From assembly GCA_024695315.1 (NCBI GenBank), contig JAILIJ010000046.1, forward strand, positions 1-39,192: a stretch of DNA of 39,192 nucleotides, read 5' to 3'. Each line of letters begins with the position of its first letter. Position 1 is the stretch's first letter. This DNA comes from Bacteroidaceae bacterium (GTDB lineage Bacteria; Bacteroidota; Bacteroidia; Bacteroidales; Bacteroidaceae). The notes under the pieces are model-generated. The model ran no database searches and was not told the DNA's origin. It was given only the letters and a program-made list of their open reading frames with translations. The position numbers and the translations under genes are program-made. This document shows positions 35,936 through 39,192 of the stretch, in pieces.

Positions 35936-36079
35936 GGTTAAATTTATTGAAAAATGTATGTTGGTTCTTAGAAGTAAGCTGTGATGGGGCATTTAATGCT
36001 GGATATTTCTTTCATTCGAGCGCAAAAAATTTTGTAAAGTTCAGCAAGAATAGTTCTATTATTTAGGATGAATTTCACG

Positions 36080-36157
36080 AATCATTCAATGGTACGGTCG
36101 TATACCTAAATGTTACAGTCATACCATTGAATAGTACACCCGTACCATTGAATGATT
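36080..36157 (+). repeat. 11-nt phased hairpin array inside copy B, closed by a perfect 16-bp inverted repeat
   Basis: AATCATTCAATGGTAC (36080-36095) is the exact reverse complement of GTACCATTGAATGATT (36142-36157). The interior is 46 nt, the same length as in copy A. Confidence 0.85.
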
Positions 36158-36354
36158 TTAAGAATTTTTTCGCAATAGGCATAGAATCGCCCAGTAGGAA
36201 TGAAGAAATTTTCCTGCTTTGATGAATAAAATATTCAGCATTATGGTTTCGCTAAAGGGGGAAGGTTTTAGCGTATGTAAAAAAAATATTGCATCAAACC
36301 AATAGCTTGATGTTCGGCTACTTTCGTGAAGGTTGAAGTGTTATTGATATTTGT

Positions 36355-37977
36355 TTAATCTTTATAAGAATCTATAACGTCACTTATTCTTGTACCCAAT
36401 ATTTCTTCTATTCTGTGGAAGTTACGGTGTGCAACAGTACGTGAATAGTTGAATATGCGTGCGATGTCTGCCTGTTTCAACCCAAGTTTTACAAGGTAGA
36501 TTATGATTAGCTCCTTATTTTTTATTGCTGGAAAGTATGAAAGGACATGCTTGCGGAATTGTGGATGAAGCTTATCTACGGCAAGGAATACGCTTTCCCA
36601 TTGGTCTTCTGTTAATGTTTCCTTTGGATCATATTCTATGGCATTGATACTATCCATTACCGTTGATATGTCTTTTGTACATTCTGCTCTCAGCATTTTG
36701 TCTGCGTTGACAATCTCTGTTAGCTTGTTGTGCTCCTCCGTAATCCTTACATTGTCAGATTCTAGTTTCTGGATGTCTGCCTTGTATCCTTTTTTCTTTT
36801 TACTTTGAATGTAAAGCATAAAGCATAGGATAGCCAAAGTATTAGATACGATGGCTATTCCGTATGCAATATATTTGTTTCTTTTTGCAAGTTTTTCTTT
36901 AAGTGAGTTCCTTATTATATCCAATTCTTGTGCTTTAAATTGATTCTGTGCATAGCTTGTCTCTTCTGCTAAATCTTGTACTTTTGCAGAGTCTTCGTAT
37001 ATGTAGTGAATGTTTGCATATTCATATGCCTTGTTCATATCCCCTTTTTCTGCGTAAGATTCAGATAACATTCTTGCATATACTGCTTTTGTTTCGTTAT
37101 CATGTTCATTTTTCCATGCTAATTCAATATAATAAATACATGAGTCTGTATTATTTTCAAGTTCAGAGTAGTATATGGCAACTTTTGCAAGGATATATGG
37201 AGGAATTGAGTCTTTGTCGATAGTTAATATCTGGTCTAATGATATTTTTGCTAATTTGTGATTGTTAATGCGCGTATAGAATTGTAAATGGTCTCCAATA
37301 TAGTCTATATTGTCTTTAATAGAATGGCTGTTAGCCATTTTTATGGCACTTATACTATAATAGTTATACGCACTATCCATATTTCCAAGAGTGTAATAGA
37401 CATTTGCAACGTCTTGATACGATGCAGCATCATCAGTTTTTAGTTGCTGTCGTATTTGTAGGGCGTGTTTCATTTGGTCCAATGATATTGACGGGTTATT
37501 TGCTTTTCCATTCATCCAACTTAGTTGTGAATAGATGTTAGCCAATAGCATGGAATCTGTGTGGCTGATTATGTTGTTTTCTCCTATGTTTACTGCCTCG
37601 TTGTAGTATGAAATAGCAAGTGGATAGTTGTGCATGTCCCTATATGTACTTCCCATATAATAATTGACTTCCATTTTGTCGCCAACGGTACCTTCTTTGT
37701 CGAAGTAATCATATAGGTCTTTAATAATACTGTCTGAAGAGTGGAGTACGTAGCATTTATCCTCCCCTTTGTATTTTAGCAAGGATAGTTTCATTTTATG
37801 GTATTCGTCGTTACCGTTGTAATTGTTGATTATGGATTTAACGGAATCTAATCCCTTTTGTGGATTCAATTCCAGTAAGATATTAAGGTCAGAATAGTCC
37901 TCTTTCTTTGTCTTATAACAAGATGTGCATATCAAAATGCAAATGAATATAAATATTTGAGATGTCTTATATGTCAT
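36355..37977 (-). CDS. TPR-repeat / TM / C-terminal HTH regulator (lipoprotein-type N-terminus)
   Basis: N-terminus IFICILICTSC, multiple TPR-like units (..YYMGSTYRDMHNYPLAISYYNEA.., ..ANVYYTLGNMDSAYNYY..), a TM helix (YIAYGIAIVSNTLAILCFMLYI), a coiled coil, and a LuxR/sigma-region-4-like HTH (LGLKQADIARIFNYSRTVAHRNFHRI). Confidence 0.7.
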   Translation of the reverse strand: MTYKTSQIFIFICILICTSCYKTKKEDYSDLNILLELNPQKGLDSVKSIINNYNGNDEYHKMKLSLLKYKGEDKCYVLHSSDSIIKDLYDYFDKEGTVGDKMEVNYYMGSTYRDMHNYPLAISYYNEAVNIGENNIISHTDSMLLANIYSQLSWMNGKANNPSISLDQMKHALQIRQQLKTDDAASYQDVANVYYTLGNMDSAYNYYSISAIKMANSHSIKDNIDYIGDHLQFYTRINNHKLAKISLDQILTIDKDSIPPYILAKVAIYYSELENNTDSCIYYIELAWKNEHDNETKAVYARMLSESYAEKGDMNKAYEYANIHYIYEDSAKVQDLAEETSYAQNQFKAQELDIIRNSLKEKLAKRNKYIAYGIAIVSNTLAILCFMLYIQSKKKKGYKADIQKLESDNVRITEEHNKLTEIVNADKMLRAECTKDISTVMDSINAIEYDPKETLTEDQWESVFLAVDKLHPQFRKHVLSYFPAIKNKELIIIYLVKLGLKQADIARIFNYSRTVAHRNFHRIEEILGTRISDVIDSYKD

Positions 37978-38010
37978 GTTTTTTGTTTTTGAGGCTTAAT
38001 AAATACGTTG

Positions 38011-38018
38011 CAAAGTTA
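38011..38018 (-). promoter_or_regulatory. -7 box (TAACTTTG) for the TPR-HTH gene
   Basis: The reverse complement of CAAAGTTA matches TAnnTTTG, 34 nt upstream of the ATG at 37977. Confidence 0.55.
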
Positions 38019-38128
38019 GTGATTTTTATTTTAAGTGTATTCTTTTGTGTGAATAAAGTTTTATGCTGTTTTGTGTTGTGTCTGATGGTGCTGTTTATAA
38101 CTAAAAGATATACAACAGAATAGGTGAC

Positions 38129-38190
38129 GTAACAAAAGTGCTAACAATTGCTGTTAACAACTTGTTACAAAGTACTAACGCATTGTAACG
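38129..38190 (+). repeat. six same-orientation (G/C)TAAC(A/G) words at 10-13 bp spacing
   Basis: GTAACAaaagtgCTAACAattgctgTTAACAacttgTTACAaagtaCTAACgcattGTAACG. Word cores start at 38130, 38142, 38155, 38166, 38176 and 38186. The array lies between divergent promoters. Confidence 0.7.
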
Positions 38191-38221
38191 GAAATAATTT
38201 TTCAATATGATTTATTCAACA

Positions 38222-38229
38222 TACCTTTG
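38222..38229 (+). promoter_or_regulatory. -7 box (TACCTTTG) for the 38307 operon
   Basis: TAnnTTTG match. It is immediately followed by the palindrome AGCGCAAAA-N15-TTTTGCGCT (38231-38263). Confidence 0.55.
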
Positions 38230-38306
38230 CAGCGCAAAAACAAAAATAAAAAAGTTTTGCGCTTTTGTCGCACTCTTTGTGGAAGTATAATTAAAAATAT
38301 TGAAGA

Positions 38307-38906
38307 ATGAAGATAAAGATAAAGATATTGTTATATTTATTTATATTATTTTTTGTGTCTTGTTCAACGATGAAAGAACGTCAACGTATTGTTTCAACAA
38401 CGCAAAAAATGACTCTTAATGACAGCCTTGTTATGGAAATACATGCAATTTTTACATTAGACCAAGGAATTAGAGATACTGCTGTATGGGACTCTAAATC
38501 AAAAGTCGTTCAATCAATAGATTCTGTATGTTTTGTAAGAACTATAGATTTTATAAAAAAATATGGTTGGCCAACACGTGAGTTGAAAGGTAAATATGCA
38601 GATTATGAACCTGTTTCTTTTGCTTTTGTCCCTGTGATGTTACATCATCCTAATCGTATGATAGAACCAGAAATACATGAATTGCTTGTAAAACAAGTAA
38701 GGGAAGGAAAATTGAAAGCAGAAACCGTCATTATATTTTTTGACAAATATTGGGTTTTCTGTAAAGGCAAGTCTCTTTACAATACTGGATTCAAAGTGTT
38801 TACCAGAGCAAAAGGTGTGCTTAAAAGTGATAAAGAATTATCCGATAGTTTGATGAGAGAATTAGGTTTGGATGTTTTACCTGATAGTGTTTTTGTGGAA
38901 CAATGA
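38307..38906 (+). CDS. lipoprotein, unknown function
   Basis: Lipobox-like LFFVSCS, 199 aa, DQGIRD...KKYGWP...LHHP pattern. It has an ATGA overlap with the next ORF. Confidence 0.55.
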   Translation: MKIKIKILLYLFILFFVSCSTMKERQRIVSTTQKMTLNDSLVMEIHAIFTLDQGIRDTAVWDSKSKVVQSIDSVCFVRTIDFIKKYGWPTRELKGKYADYEPVSFAFVPVMLHHPNRMIEPEIHELLVKQVREGKLKAETVIIFFDKYWVFCKGKSLYNTGFKVFTRAKGVLKSDKELSDSLMRELGLDVLPDSVFVEQ

Positions 38907-39163
38907 TATTATTACTGACAACAGAAGCTGGAGATTATTCTCATATTGAATTGGTTAATTGGCTTGAATATTATAAGGCTGATTATTGTGTGTTGGCAGG
39001 GGAGTCATTTATAGTTGGTCGTTCTTCTTTGTCAATAAGTGATAATGTAATAAAAATAAACGGAAGGGAAATTACTGATGAAGTTAATGTTGTATATTAT
39101 CGTAGATGGGCATATCCTTCAAATATACAACTAGTTTCTATTAATGATTTGTTATGCCGATAA
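38903..39163 (+). CDS. short ORF resembling the N-terminal pre-ATP-grasp domain of RiPP ATP-grasp maturases (truncated or fragment)
   Basis: MILLLTTEAGDYSHIELVNWLEYYKADY...VVYYRRW resembles, from memory, the N-termini of microviridin-type / grasp-with-spasm ATP-grasp ligases. A stop at 39164 yields only 86 aa, and the window ends 29 nt later. Confidence 0.35.
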   Translation: MILLLTTEAGDYSHIELVNWLEYYKADYCVLAGESFIVGRSSLSISDNVIKINGREITDEVNVVYYRRWAYPSNIQLVSINDLLCR

Positions 39164-39192
39164 GAATTGAAAGTTATTTGTTATTTTGTATT

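Larger units (their letters stand above)
35882..36290 (+). repeat. composite intergenic element, copy B
   Basis: Same module order as the reverse complement of 9670-10093: GTTTGAGC word array, conserved spacer, AATAGTTCTATTATT, 78-nt hairpin array, GATTTTAAGAATT, CAATAGGCATAGAAT..CCCAGTAGGAAT, tail. Confidence 0.8.

Noticed and set aside
35882-36157. Could the short repeat arrays be CRISPR arrays?
   Set aside because: The units are 11 bp with no unique spacers of 25-40 bp between them, the words alternate in orientation, and no cas genes are present.
9670-36290. Calling the 25.7-kb bracketed segment a mobile element or genomic island
   Set aside because: No integrase, transposase, conjugation or mobilisation gene, tRNA target or direct-repeat target duplication is visible. 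It is reported only as an inverted-repeat-bracketed segment that needs comparative data.
38231-38273. The AGCGCAAAA...TTTTGCGCT hairpin as a transcription attenuator in the 5' leader
   Set aside because: The predicted start site, a few nt after the -7 box ending at 38229, would fall inside the left arm, so the full hairpin may not be transcribed. It is kept only as a palindrome or possible operator within the promoter finding.

Overview
The window reads as a Bacteroidota chromosome segment, probably Prevotella/Segatella-like. This is inferred from TAnnTTTG -7 promoter boxes in front of most operons, a T9SS C-terminal sorting tail, CAZyme density and codon style. The left third is housekeeping and sugar catabolism: a 5'-truncated GH51 arabinofuranosidase, PBP4/dacB, xth, and a complete rhaB-rhaA-rhaT-rhaD rhamnose operon. 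The middle holds accessory regulators and envelope proteins: a membrane protein plus winged-helix pair, a small membrane protein plus a LuxR regulator with a His/Gly/Pro-rich insert, and a polytopic membrane protein, PepSY-TM protein and OM beta-barrel. Next comes a pectin-type CAZyme block without SusC/SusD: a membrane-tethered propeller/Y_Y_Y-AraC sensor lacking kinase and receiver modules, divergent from a 1489-aa PL11-like lyase with beta-strand repeats and a T9SS tail, then GH2 and GH95. After that are a RelE/HigB-like toxin-antitoxin pair, GH31, and an ECF sigma / anti-sigma / TonB_C operon. The right edge has a TPR-TM-HTH regulator, a lipoprotein, and a short ORF resembling the N-terminus of a RiPP ATP-grasp maturase. 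No rRNA, tRNA, CRISPR array, integrase or transposase was seen. The most unusual signal is non-coding. At least nine intergenic arrays of short words are phased at about 11 bp, usually alternating in orientation. They include a roughly 400-530 bp composite element present twice in inverted orientation (9670-10203 and 35882-36290), bracketing about 25.7 kb. The two copies share a 16-bp long-range stem maintained by compensatory substitutions, identical module lengths and a second closing helix, which suggests a structured RNA or DNA element that I cannot assign to a known family. All alignments and counts were done by eye, and no database search was possible.
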